Part shown: positions 23,917-35,906 of the stretch, in pieces
Layout: the number at the start of each line of letters is the position of its first letter
How positions within the stretch are numbered: the stretch's first letter is position 1
From: Leptogorgia sarmentosa
Lineage: Eukaryota
Assembly: GCA_964658305.1 (NCBI GenBank)
Contig: OZ210885.1
Location: 18,848,001 to 18,912,000 of the forward strand
Length of the DNA: 64,000 bases
Direction: 5' to 3'
Notes under the pieces: generated by a model
Told to the model about the DNA's origin: nothing
Databases searched by the model: none
Seen by the model: only the letters and a program-made list of their open reading frames with translations
Program-made: the position numbers and the translations under genes

Positions 23917-26566
23917 TGTTTTGCCTGACATGCGGTAGCCGCAGCGCTGAAAATGCAAATTTCTGCGGAAAGTGTGGTGCTTTGATGTCTCTGAATGGTC
24001 AGCCATTAACCAGTGATGGAAAACACCCACAAAGCTTCCAGGAGTACATGGAAAACAGGGTGAGGTTACAAAACCAAGGTGCTGAATTAACCACCATTCA
24101 GAAAAAGAAATCACATGAACATATTTTAGAGAATTCAAGAAAGAAAAGTAAAAAGGATGAAATTGTAAAGGTACTGGCTATGATATTTACCAACCTCCTT
24201 AGGAAATGCAGAGACTGGAAACCTTCAAGTTCAACCTTGAACTTGTTCCTTAAGGCATTCAAGGCATTCAATTCAAGCGAATACCTTTCTATTGGGTGTA
24301 TAAAAAAGTTAACAGTTGCAGTATATTCACTAAACAAATTAAGTTCAATTTTTAGAGAAGCAGCGGATTAGCGGAAGTTCCAATTTCCAGACATAGTATG
24401 TTCATCTCAGGGTACACGTAATTTTTCAAAACTTTGCAGCTTGTACAACATAATCCATACTTCAACTCGGTTAAATCAAATCGCCACCCAAAAGATAGAT
24501 TTTTGAATAAATTTAGTGCTACACATACCAGAAGGTGCTAAACTATCAAATTTTGCATGGTCGTTAGTTTGGCAAATATTTTGAAACTGTAAACTTTTTT
24601 TATACACCCTGTAGACGTTGCAAATACAGTATACTGAGGTACCAGAGGTACTGGAAGGAAGGAGCCCTTTTCAGTAGGAAAGTACAAAGAGTCAATTGGA
24701 AGAGCATACTCTCGTGTTAACTTTATTTCTTACTTTCATAATCAGACAATCGGCATAAGAAAAGGTTATGTGATTGTGTAAATAGAATGCAGTTATTTAT
24801 TGTCCTGTATGCTGGTGTTGAGGTGGGTAGCTATCCTACCTGATTGTCCAGAACCACAAAACAAACACAACTAAACTCTTTTAAGCTTGAATAAGTATTC
24901 TCCCCTGTGAAAATATAGTACATGAAACAGTCATTTGGTTAGGATTAGGATTTATTGAATAAATTTATTTTGAAGTGCTTTTTTAATAGTTGCCAATGAC
25001 TTAGATGACCATACAGACGAGACTGTCATAGGCGCTGAAAACAAACCTGCGGTTCATGAAGATGTTTTTCAAGTTGATGACATGTTTGATGAGTTGGCAC
25101 ATCCGCTGGATGCCATGGATGTCCCAGACTCCATCAACATTGCAGATGGTATGCCTGCAGATGTCCCATTTATAAATGAACAACTGAGTGCCCCTGCAGG
25201 TTTGTTTCTCAGGCATCTTCTATATGTAAGCTACATGAACATAGGTGTTTCCGATATGTAAGGTATCACTATATAGAAGTTACATACTTGCAATAATAGA
25301 AGGTAATTAAGCCCGTAAACAGGATCAATGTGGGATTGTTAACCGAGTAGAATCTTGAACTAAAACAAAGATTACATCCAATAATTGTTATTGGATAATA
25401 ATTATTAAGTAACCTAATATTCATTTGATTAACAAATTGATCATTTTATTGTATTTAGATCAAAATGAAATTTTTGATCATGGAATAGTAGACCATTATG
25501 AAATAGAGAGTGACACCTTGGTACAAGCTGGAGAAACCCATGAAGAAATCATCGCATTTGAAAAAATGGAACTTATTGTGCATCGTTCCACACTCTTAAA
25601 AGATTTGATATCAGCATTTTGTGACCCGAAAGTTTTAACCTCAACATTGTTTATTAAAGTTGTTGCCGCGAACGGTGTAGAAGAGAAAGGTGAAGGACGA
25701 GGTGTTACCATAGATGTCATCACAGAATTCTGGCATCTTTTCTTTCAGTCCCTGGCAATCGGAGCCGCAGCCAAAGTTCCTGTGATCCGTCACGATTATC
25801 AGAAGGAAGAATGGAAAGCGATTGCAAGAGTATTGGTGTACAGATACTGTCGAGAGGGTATATTTCCTATCTCTTTGTCTGCAGAATTAATCGCCAGTTG
25901 TATCCTTGGGGAAGACAGCATTTCTGACGAAATTTTGTTAAAATCATTTACTGCATATGTATCTAAAGATGAGAAAGAACTGATTGATGACTGTTTGGAA
26001 AATCGTGTGTAAATAACAACAGTGAGTTATTGGAACTTTTGAGCAGCTACAAGTGTTACCGCAATCCTAACGAAGATAATATTCGAGATATATTATCTTA
26101 ACTGACACACCAAGAGATCATACAGAAGCCTCGTTACGTGGCAAATTGTTGGAATCCAGTTCTACAATCTCTGAAAGCTCGCAGTTCATTTCAGAATGCC
26201 ACAAATATTCTTGCATTTTATGAAGATAAAAAGCCCACACCAAAAAAAGTGATAAAAATGCTGGAAGCTTCTCCCCAATGTGATGCCCAACGTATTGCGT
26301 TAGAGCACTTAACAAGGTTTATAAAGTCTCTCGGCGCTAATGTTGCGGCGTTCCTCCAGTTTACCACAGGTGCAAGTGTCATTTTGGATGGTCAGAAATT
26401 AAAAGTCAACTTTACAGATTTGAGTGGTTTTGCCCGTCGGCCAATCGCGCACACCTGTGGTCCTATGTTCGAAATTCCAAGCACTTATCAGTGCTACAAT
26501 GTGCTATGTGAGGAATTTTCATCAATTCTCCACGATAAAAGTGCATGGAAATTCGATATAGTTTGA
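23917..26566 (+). pseudogene. HECT-domain E3 ligase-like gene of IS3EU copy 1 (zinc-ribbon N-terminus, spliced, premature stops)
   Basis: MFCLTCG...FCGKCG; VHRSTLLKD, EKGEGRGVTIDVITEFW; FLQFTTG; RRPIAHTCG (catalytic Cys motif); ends WKFDIV. Confidence 0.8.
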
Positions 26567-27269
26567 ATCAAGGCAATCTACAGTATATACAAGTTATGAA
26601 TGTTGTTTGAGTTATACTCTAATTGTTGTTTGAGTTACAGTTTAGGCGAGTTCAATGATATCTCATGTGTGATGTCCACGCTTAACATCTTAAGGGACCG
26701 AAACGTGTTGAAAGATTCAAGTATAAGGGTTTGTACACGTATTTGAACTAAGTTAACTTTTAAAATCATCTTTTATATTAATTATTTGAGAGCAATTGTT
26801 GAAATTAAAGGTGCGGTTCAATCCGCGTATAAACATGCGTCTTTGTTCAAGTTTTACATTAGTACAGAAAAATAATTCTTTTTTCCTTTTCTTTATTTTC
26901 CCTCCAAGTGTTTTTATTATCATTTGGGTTGTAAACCCACTGTACTTGTACTCGGAAAACCTTCTTCTAGATTATAAAAATTAACTGTGTTAACTGGCGT
27001 CAGAAAATTTCAGATCAATTTTGCCCGGAAATGCTTGTCAATCAGGAACATCGAATTAACCTCAACGGCAACCAATCAGCGTGGAGAATTTTCAACAGTC
27101 ACCTATGTAATTATACTAATGCGAGGTATGTACATTGAATGACTTTGGCAAACAACCAGGCTCTTCTTGAACACAAACATTTTTATCGGTAAAAAAGAGG
27201 CAAAAGTTTCATGCAAAACTTGGCCGTGCACAAAAAATATACCAAACAGTGGCTTACAAGAAGCTATAT

Positions 27270-28424
27270 ATGATAAGTAATAAACTATGCAAATTCAAGA
27301 AGCTGTTCATATATGACCAAAGCATGTCTCCAGTTTTGTGGTGTTTCTAATTCTAACAAGTTGGCACTGTACGTAAAGTATTCTTGGTAGTCACGACTGT
27401 TGTCCTCTTCTACAGTAAGAGATTGCTCTGCTTCTTGCAAGTCTCTTTCATCATATTTTTTTTGGTAATCTACAGCACCAACAAATTAAGGCAAGAAAAA
27501 AAGCTGGTTAGGAATTCCTGCAACTGTATGATGATGTGATTTACGTACATAATGGCAATTCCAAGACTCCTTTATTTTGTTGAGGGCTTCTTTCATCACC
27601 GGGTAAAAACAAAACCAAAGACACTGCAGGTGTAGGACATTACTGGTATCTAACAGCCCACGGGCGACGAGGTTTTTAAAAAAATCCATCCACCTTGAGG
27701 ACCATTATTTGCGTAGCATGGACCACCATGCTTCTATCCTCTGATTGCTATGTGATGACCCATAACGATGTGCTTTTACTTCCGACAGTGAATCTGAGTG
27801 GTTTCTTCGCAAAAAGCATTGAGTTGTGGGAAGAATCCCGTTTTCCGTGCCCCTGTCTGTTCTTAAAACTGTGGGAAAAAATTGTAATTGCCTAACGCAG
27901 TTGAAAAACAGTTTGCCCAGCACGCGAGATCGTTATTGGAGCTGACGATTTCAAGCCATAATATTCTACGACTGAAACCATCCATACATCCATGTATCAG
28001 AAATCCGTATGGCTTTAATTTGTCATACCCATCGGCATGCCAACAGTAATTTGGGCCAGGGTTCAAATAGTCTCTCCTTCGAAGAGAGTTTGCTCGCCGA
28101 AGCCGTGATCCCTCAGGGTCAATATCTCAAAGAATCGTTTGAACAACTAAACGAGGCACATGTATGTCAATATTTCGACTGTAATCGCCTCCACATAGCC
28201 CTGTAGCCAAGCATTTGACCACTTACATCCAGCTCTTGTTGGATAGCCTCCCTCACACGATTTCCATCTACAACATTTCCGTGTCGACGCAATCCATATT
28301 CTTTCAACTTGTTTAAAAGAGTGCCTTTCAAAACAGTAATTCCATGAAATTTTTCTAGTAACTTCAGTATGATTTTGTACTGGTAATTCTTTCCAAAATA
28401 ATATCTAATGATGGCTTCTTCCAT
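27270..28424 (-). pseudogene. IS3EU-like integrase-core DDE transposase, frameshifted (3' end approximate)
   Basis: Clr5-like N-terminus, LGYRAMW, GPNYCWHADGYDKLKPYG...DGFSR, RTDRGTEN, SNQRIEAWW. Confidence 0.85.
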
Positions 28425-28806
28425 ATTCGTTCTGAGAACAGGAATGATATCGGCTGAAGATTGTTAACAGAGGTCGTTGTGAATGTTTTTTTCTATTTGT
28501 GTTTGTGTACTTCCTTTTGTTTTGAGTATTTCTGCTTGTGTTTGTGTACTTCTATTTATGTTAGTGTATTTCTACTTGCGTTTTTGTATGTCAGTTCGTG
28601 CATTTCTACTTGGGCTTGTGTGTTTCTACTTGTGTTTTGTGTATTTCTACCTGTGTTCGTGTATTTCTACTTGTGTTCGTGCATTTCTACTTGTGTTCGT
28701 GTATTTCGACTTGTGTTTTGTGTATTTCTACTTGTGTTTGTGTATTTCTTCTTGTGTTTGTGTACTTCTATATGTGTTTGATGCATTGTACCTCTGGGCC
28801 ACCGTA

Positions 28807-29750
28807 GCAAATAGACTGATGTCATTAGATCTTCTTACAAAGCGAATGCCATGCTGCCTTTTGAAATGCTGTTTCATAGCCGCCATCACAACTTTGTCAC
28901 ATTGGGCTTGTGAAGGACCATTAACGCTAATCATCATTTTGTTGTACGCGGTATCCTCATTCACATTTCTAAATTTATTGAAGTGAATCTCAAACTATGA
29001 TGTTAATGATTCAATCACTGATTCCACAGAAATTTTCACAGCAGACACACAAATAGAGTGGATAATCATCTCAATTCCCATGTACAACTCTTTGTCGCTA
29101 CGCAAAAATAACTTAATAAGCTCTTTGCTGTCAAGATCATCATTCTTTTTGTTTCTGACAACTTTCTCCAGCCGTACCAGAAATTCCTCAAATTGAAGAA
29201 TTATGGTCTCATCCGGAACCCCTTTAGGATTAAAGATGGGATTATTTTGCGTAGCGTCGTTATATACTTCGCTCTTTCGATATTCGAAATAAGGATAGCA
29301 CCTCTCAACTTTATTCTAACTGCAGTGGTCTTCAAATCAGTAATCAGCCTTGTATCCTCGATCATTTCTTTGTCTGACTGAGACACTGTACAATTGCACG
29401 ATAATTCTTACGAAAGTCAATACAAAATTTCCTGACACTATTTGCAAAACGAGTAGTGCTATACTTAGCTGGATTTGCAAGCACTTGCCCCAAGGATTCA
29501 CATGCATCTGCAAGTGCTTCGTAATTCTTCCCCCATTTGAAATTCTTGAAAACAGCTGCAACAACTTCAGTTACCTTATTTAGAAACTTGAAATTATCAT
29601 CTTCTCGAATATGAGTGTCAACCAAGCCAGCTTTGTGCATGGGATCATAATCATAATGAACAGACGCGTCTTTTCCTTCTGTGCCAAAGTGGGTATTTAG
29701 GACCTCGGGAACAGAAAGGTGGAAATACTATCCATCAAAGGATCCACCTT
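28807..29750 (-). pseudogene. Degraded hAT-like transposase C-terminal region, interrupted by IS3EU copy 1
   Basis: Fragments KYSTTRFANSV, SVESVIES, MISVNGP. The frame ...ISLFA continues as TVGVS left of 8826. Confidence 0.45.
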
Positions 29751-30262
29751 GAAATTGCTCGGCCGATATCTCAAACTCTTTCAGCACGGATATAATACTT
29801 TGGCAGACACCTTCCCCAAAGGAAGACCTGATGAACTTTACTATCTATCAGTGTGCTTTCACATTCAACCAGTAAGTGATGCTGAATTTAATGAGATGTC
29901 TCAATATTGTCATGATTATGAAGAATAGCATTATCCAGGAGTATTTTCAACATATTGGAGAGCAAATGGGTTTTCAGCAGGCAGCAAACTGGAGAGAGGC
30001 CCTTGAAATGTATCACATTTTGTGCGAAATTGCACTGGGTTAAACTGTGGTAACTTACAAATAAATAGTTTTAATATTTGGTTTATAATTATTAATTCTT
30101 ATATTCAAAGAATAGTATATAAATTAGTTCATTAAGATATGGATTTATTCATAACCATTGTAAATGGCAACAAAACAGTGAACAAAAAGCAATAACAGAA
30201 AGAACTATATGGTCCAACAGTGAATAATTTAAAAAGGTAGTCTTCAAGTTGACAAATATGGG

Positions 30263-30562
30263 TCACTGTCCATTTGAATTTTCTAAATCTTTGAAAATAC
30301 AACTCCATTCATTGTGTGCCAAACAGTCTACTGTATGCTTATTTACATAGAGATATAGCACGTTAGAACAGGTTTGTGCACAAGGAATATTCTTCTGTTC
30401 ATCATGAACAAAGGCAATAGATGGTGTTGGATAGAAACCAACTGATGGTACATTTGCAGCACCAGTTACAAACATGAGCATATGTGATGGGGTGATCAAT
30501 GGGACAAACTTTTTCTCTTCATCTGTCAATGTGAGGCCTTCATCCTCTAATTCTTGTAGCAA
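30263..30562 (-). pseudogene. HECT C-lobe fragment
   Basis: MLMFVTGAANVPSVGFYPTPSIAF...IPCAQTCSNVLYL. Confidence 0.7.
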
Positions 30563-31303
30563 TGTACCACCTAAATTTTGAATTTATTAATGCATGGTGT
30601 TGCAGTACTGCTGACAATAGTGACGATGACAGAGATATGTTGGTCCCTCATAGGAATTTGCTAAAAGTGAGACAAAGAACTTTTGAAAAAAGATTGTGTA
30701 ATATAATATATGGATATAATATTAACCCCTCCTCCAGAGTAATGGTCTTTTTGAAAGAAATTTCGTTCAGTTGTGAAAGCACTGGATCATGTTAATGACT
30801 TTTTTCAGGATCCATACTCGGTTGTTAGTTTTGAGGAAAACTCACCTTCAACTGCCTTCAAAAATGCCCTACAAAGTATATACACATATATACAAAAAGT
30901 TCAGCTACTTTTTTTTATGTTTCTAAATTTGTCCCTCCGGATGGCTCGCATCACCATGTCCCTCGTCGCTCGCTTGTTGAGGTTTCTTGTAGCGTTTTTT
31001 TATTATGTCTGTTTCGTATATAGAAAATCGTCGGCGGCTACCAGCAGACAAGGTTGTTTCCATTTCCCATGCATTTACGTTGAAGCAGCCAGTTTTAACC
31101 CACGCCTTCGTTTTGCGTTCCGAGGAGAGTTGCTGGTGTTTTTTCGTTGCCAGGTAGTTGAACGCTTCTTCAGCTCGAACGCCCACCAGCTCGTGCCTCT
31201 CGTTGCAGAGAACAGCTATGTCCCTCAACTGGGGGAGAAGACCACACGTAATCGTTTGGCCATATTCTTCAATTAATAGGCTCTTCTGGCCTTTAGTCAA
31301 TTC

Positions 31304-34300
31304 CAACCTCGTACCCAGGGTCTTATGATCTCCGCTCCCGCTGCTCTCCCGCTACGACAAAGACCCTGGCTGGAGCTGGTCACGTGCCTCCCAGATTCTG
31401 GGAGGTAAAATAAATATATAGTGTGGGAGGGGTGGTTGGGGCGCAGTATTTTGTCAATTTGGAAAAGTATATCGTTTTGGTATTCGATTTTCGTGCAAAA
31501 CCTTTCGCTGACGGCGCGTTAAGGAAAAGGATTACGTTTAACACCGACTTCTATCATTAGAGACTATTGAATTACACAGGAAGCTAGAATTAAAGCATTT
31601 TACAACATGTGCGTGTGTCAAATGACTCACAGAAGCCGCTTTAGCCGGTTTACTTTACTTCTCAGTTCGAATGCCTCATGGCCACAAAAGACACTCCAAA
31701 AAAGTTATACTCGAAGACCGCTTCTACAGAAGTTTCTAGTTCGTCTTGTCGACTTTGTAAAGCTGTTGTTGACAGGAATCATTCCAGAGATCAGTTTAAA
31801 GCCAAGAATAGCACGGTTCTAAAGAACGCTGAAGCGTTTTATGGACACTCTCTACCGCAAGACAAGAGTCTACCATACCTGATATGCCGGCCATGTGAAA
31901 GAAGACTTGATAATGCGATCAAGTTCAAAAATATTATTACAGAAACGCAGACTCGTTCAAAACGCTGCCTGGATATATCGCCGTCAGTTTCCCAGCCATC
32001 TCCTTTAAGAGTGCGAACGAGTGTCAGTTCGTCTGGTTCCAGTCGCAGAAGAAGCTTAGATTTCGCTGAGCCCACCGCATTGCAGCCACAGGTGGGAGAG
32101 TATTTAAATTAAGAATATTACTATTAGATCTAATACTGTAGGTTCGGCCATGATTTACATGTTTTGCGTTAGAACGCGCGACTCGAGCCATACTATAATA
32201 ATAAAGAGAACATCCCATGCATATTTATGATTACTTCACAAAGGTCGTCGAAGCATAATATAAACTGTTTTAGTGTTTAGTGTTACCACAATAACAAATA
32301 TAAACTGGAAATGACTATAAAAGTTTAAAAGCTAGGCATTATTATTCCAAGTAAAAATCAATTCAGCGTTTTAGCGTTTCACTTTTAGATGAGAGAATAT
32401 CTGTATTATTACCTACAAATCAGAAACATGTGTAAATTCAATATGCAATTCAATATGCAGTATCAGTATATGCAATTTGTAGCTGAACATTATATGTATT
32501 ACACACAGAGACACACTTCCACAAACCCCCATCTCTGATCCTACCCTGTAAACACTACAGTGTATGTACAGCACACACTGTGTTGTGGGTTGCATTCTGC
32601 ATTATTAATATTATACACACAGCATGTCTTTGCAATAGGTTATTTGTATTTACATGTGATCCAACTACACATTCTTGTTTTATTATTTATGAGATATTTA
32701 CCATTTTAATTTAATATGTTTCTTGCCTGCCAACCTTTCTTCAACAACCTCTTTTGAGTGATGTTTTGGATAAGGCAAATCAAGAGCTGGTTGAAGTCGC
32801 CAGAAGAACTGAACCATCAGTGTTACGAGAAAGAGATTTCAAAGGACTATCAGACCAAACATGGATAACTGAAATCATGAATGAACTGTCTGCTCAATGC
32901 CCTGTGGTGACAGCTATTTTATCCCAATTACTGGAATTAAACCATTTCCCTGAGAAGAAAATTCCAGCTGCATGCTTAATATATGGCATCTTGATGTTCT
33001 TGAGATGCCATGAGTTAAGTAGAGTGCAGAGGATAAATACAATCCTGCTGACACAAGGTCAAGCTTCTACCAATGTAAGATATTTTATATTTGCACTTTT
33101 GCTTAGAAACTTCTAACTGCTAAACTCTTAGTCATGGTGAACCATGACTGTAGCTGGCTAGTTAACAGATTGAACTTTGTTGGAATTATTTTTCTAGGAG
33201 TTTAAGTTAGTAAGGTAAAATTAAGAAGCTATCATTTAAAGTGCTTCCTAAAGACAAGTTCAGTAAAAAAATGAACTGTTGCGATAGACATAGGGACAAT
33301 CAAGACATTAACAATGCCTTCAGCCTTCTAGATATGCCATGTGGTATTAAGTTATTTATTCAATGTTATGCTAATAAATTATCATTATGTTTTTCTACAT
33401 TCTTTATAGTTAATTGATCGACTGAACAAATATGGTTTCTGTCTTGAGCCAAGCTCCAAGTATTCATTGCTGGACAACATTGGGCATCATTTCCTAGACC
33501 GTACAGTGGAGTTAGTGAAATCTGGTCACAAATTTGTATTTGTGCTTGATAACATTGATTGGGAGGAGAAGGCACATGATGTAAGATCTGATAACCAGAA
33601 CAAGAGTGTCCATGCAGTGGCCACAAGTATCGTGTTTGACAGGATTCCTAGAGCCAACCTGCCTGATACTGGTCCACAGAGAGACCTAAAAGCTACTAAT
33701 GTTCGTGAACTTGTTGAAGTCAGTGATGCTGAGTTGGAGACCATTAGAAGTCGATACAGGACATTATTGGCAAAATATCTGTTTGAACACTTCCAAGAAT
33801 TTTGTGGTTTACAAGCTCACATACCCAGCACCCCTGATTCCATGTATCCTGAGCAAACGTGTTTGAAGTCGGAAGTGATAACCATGCCAATTCTCATGAA
33901 GGATGAAAAAAAATATTCGGAATGTGTTGATGTCCTTGACCAACTTGAGACATGGACATACGACATTTATGCTGCTGCAGGAATGTGTAATGTGTCATCC
34001 ACATCTTCCAGTGCTCCTGATGGCCTTCCAGCACCTGCAATTGGCAACCATTCAAGGCCAGATCAACCAGCATCACACATCCCTCCCACTGTATCAACAG
34101 ATGACCCTTTGGCCGGTGTGAAGATACCTTGTTTTGGTGACCAGCTTACCAGGGTTCGACTGGCTGGTGCAAAAGATCTTCGAGCTGGTTGCCATACCAC
34201 TAGACAGCGACTTGACCACCTGTACCCTTTCCGCATTGTTGACTGGCATACCAAGAGAAGTTTTTTGAAGGTATAATATAAATACACACATTAAGCTTTA

Positions 34301-35906
34301 ATTCTAAATATAAGCCAATTCCCCCTAAATATCAATCCAACTGAATACACCCCCACAATATTGAATTGCCAAATGACAGGCCAAATTCAAGAAATGGTAG
34401 GCAAGAACAGCTTTGAACTGACAAATGAGTAAGGAAAGAGCAGTGGAAATTTTTTAGTTTTTGGCAGGTCAAATATATAAAATGGCAGGCTACAAATTAC
34501 TTTGCCTGCCAAATTAAAACTGAAATGTTAAAATGTTATGGCATTTCATCATTCTCTACCCCTGCCCTGTATGAATGTGTTGTTTGGTTATCTACATACA
34601 AATATTTTTACTCCAGCAGAGAAAAAGGTACTCTAAAGTACTTTCGGGAGAAGCTAAATCGTAGGAGAGTTACAGTGGATGTCAAGCATTATGAAGATTG
34701 CGAGCAGTTATTTCTAAGTGTTGGCAAGTGTTTTGTCCTGGAGGCGTTTCTGGAATTCTTTAATATGGATGATGTGACAGAGAAACCAACAAAGAATGTT
34801 CCAGATTTTTCATCAACTGCAACTGATGAGGAAAAGAAAACCAAAATTACAAATATCCTGGATAAGTTTCTCGACAAGTACATTTTTGTGCCTAAAAATG
34901 AAGAAGACCCTCCTTTTGACAATGATGGTGTATGCTCATACTCAGTGAATATGATCAAATCTTTCATCATACTTGCTGATTTTAAAGATGCTGTAGCTGC
35001 AGGAAATGGCGAACACCTGTCAATTTTGCATAAACAGTTGTTAGTTCATTTTTTTACTGCAACTGGATTTAATGAGTATGCTATTGAGATGCTCATTAAC
35101 ATCATACAAAGCCAAATCCTTTTGTCCGAAGCTGAGGCCCACAAGTGCAAATGGGCATCTACAGTTAATTGGAGTGGTGGTGAAAGAAGAAATGTTGAAA
35201 TAGACTTGTTTCAAGAGAACCGAAACAAGGATATGAAATTGATGACAAGGGCCATGGGTGCCAACAAAACTGACAAAGCAATTAGCCGAGCAAGTAAGGC
35301 TTCTGGAGGTGTCAAAGAAATTGTTGAAGCCTTTGAGAAACAAACCCACATGCGTCGCAAGTCCTCGTCACATTCCCATAAATCTTCAGCAGTTGATGAG
35401 AAGATGATTTTAGAAGACCTGAGAAGTTTGAGGCCCTTCAAACAGGTAGATGGAAGGGTATTTGAGTCTTTTAAGGATATTTCCCACAACCCTGCTTCAC
35501 TATTTGATGAAAATTAATTTGTATCCTGGATTAACAGGCACAAGAATAACATTTTAAAACATTTTCCAGCATCCAATGATTTAAATTCTGTGGAAGACTT
35601 AAGTTCAGAAGAAAGCGATGATGTATAGGCAAAAGATCATACAGTAATATATATACAGTACAGCTACTGTAATTCAAAAAAGGTTGTCCTTCATAAACAT
35701 TAAACGTAAACGATGGACTATGAGCTTGCAAGGGATGCAAGGTAACTTCTATTGGGAGCCTCAAAGCATGCTCGATATAGGGAATTTTACATGTTTAATG
35801 TTTATGAAGGACAACCTTTTTTGAATCAGCTGTATATATACTGTACTATATAAATATATATAATAATATATCATAGATCATAAATATACAATATACATGT
35901 AAATAC
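31304..35906 (+). mobile_element. Academ (AcademH-like) element, left part; cut by IS3EU copy 2
   Basis: Starts with CAACCTCGTACCCAGGG, an Academ-like terminus, followed by the transposase gene. The right end was not found. Confidence 0.6.
31678..35628 (+). pseudogene. Spliced Academ-type (DUF6589-like) transposase with N-terminal C4 zinc finger
   Basis: CRLC...ICRPCERRL; VLDNIDW; FGDQLTRVR; DWH; EIDLFQENRNK. Exons approximately 31678-32091, 32750-33075, 33410-34270 and 34615-35628; stop at 35515. Confidence 0.7.

Larger units (their letters stand above)
8832..28806. mobile_element. IS3EU-like DNA transposon copy 1 (about 14 kb of it is nested inserts)
   Basis: TIRs TACGGTGGCCCAGAGGTACAATGCATCAAA at 8832 and its reverse complement ending at 28806, with subterminal acaagtagaaatac arrays. 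Perfect 6-bp TSD GCAAAT at 8826-8831 and 28807-28812. Confidence 0.85.

Noticed and set aside
24292..24611. Small Tc1-like MITE (gggtgtataaaaaa ends) in the copy 1 HECT gene
   Set aside because: The left end is degenerate. It is plausible but not well enough supported to list.
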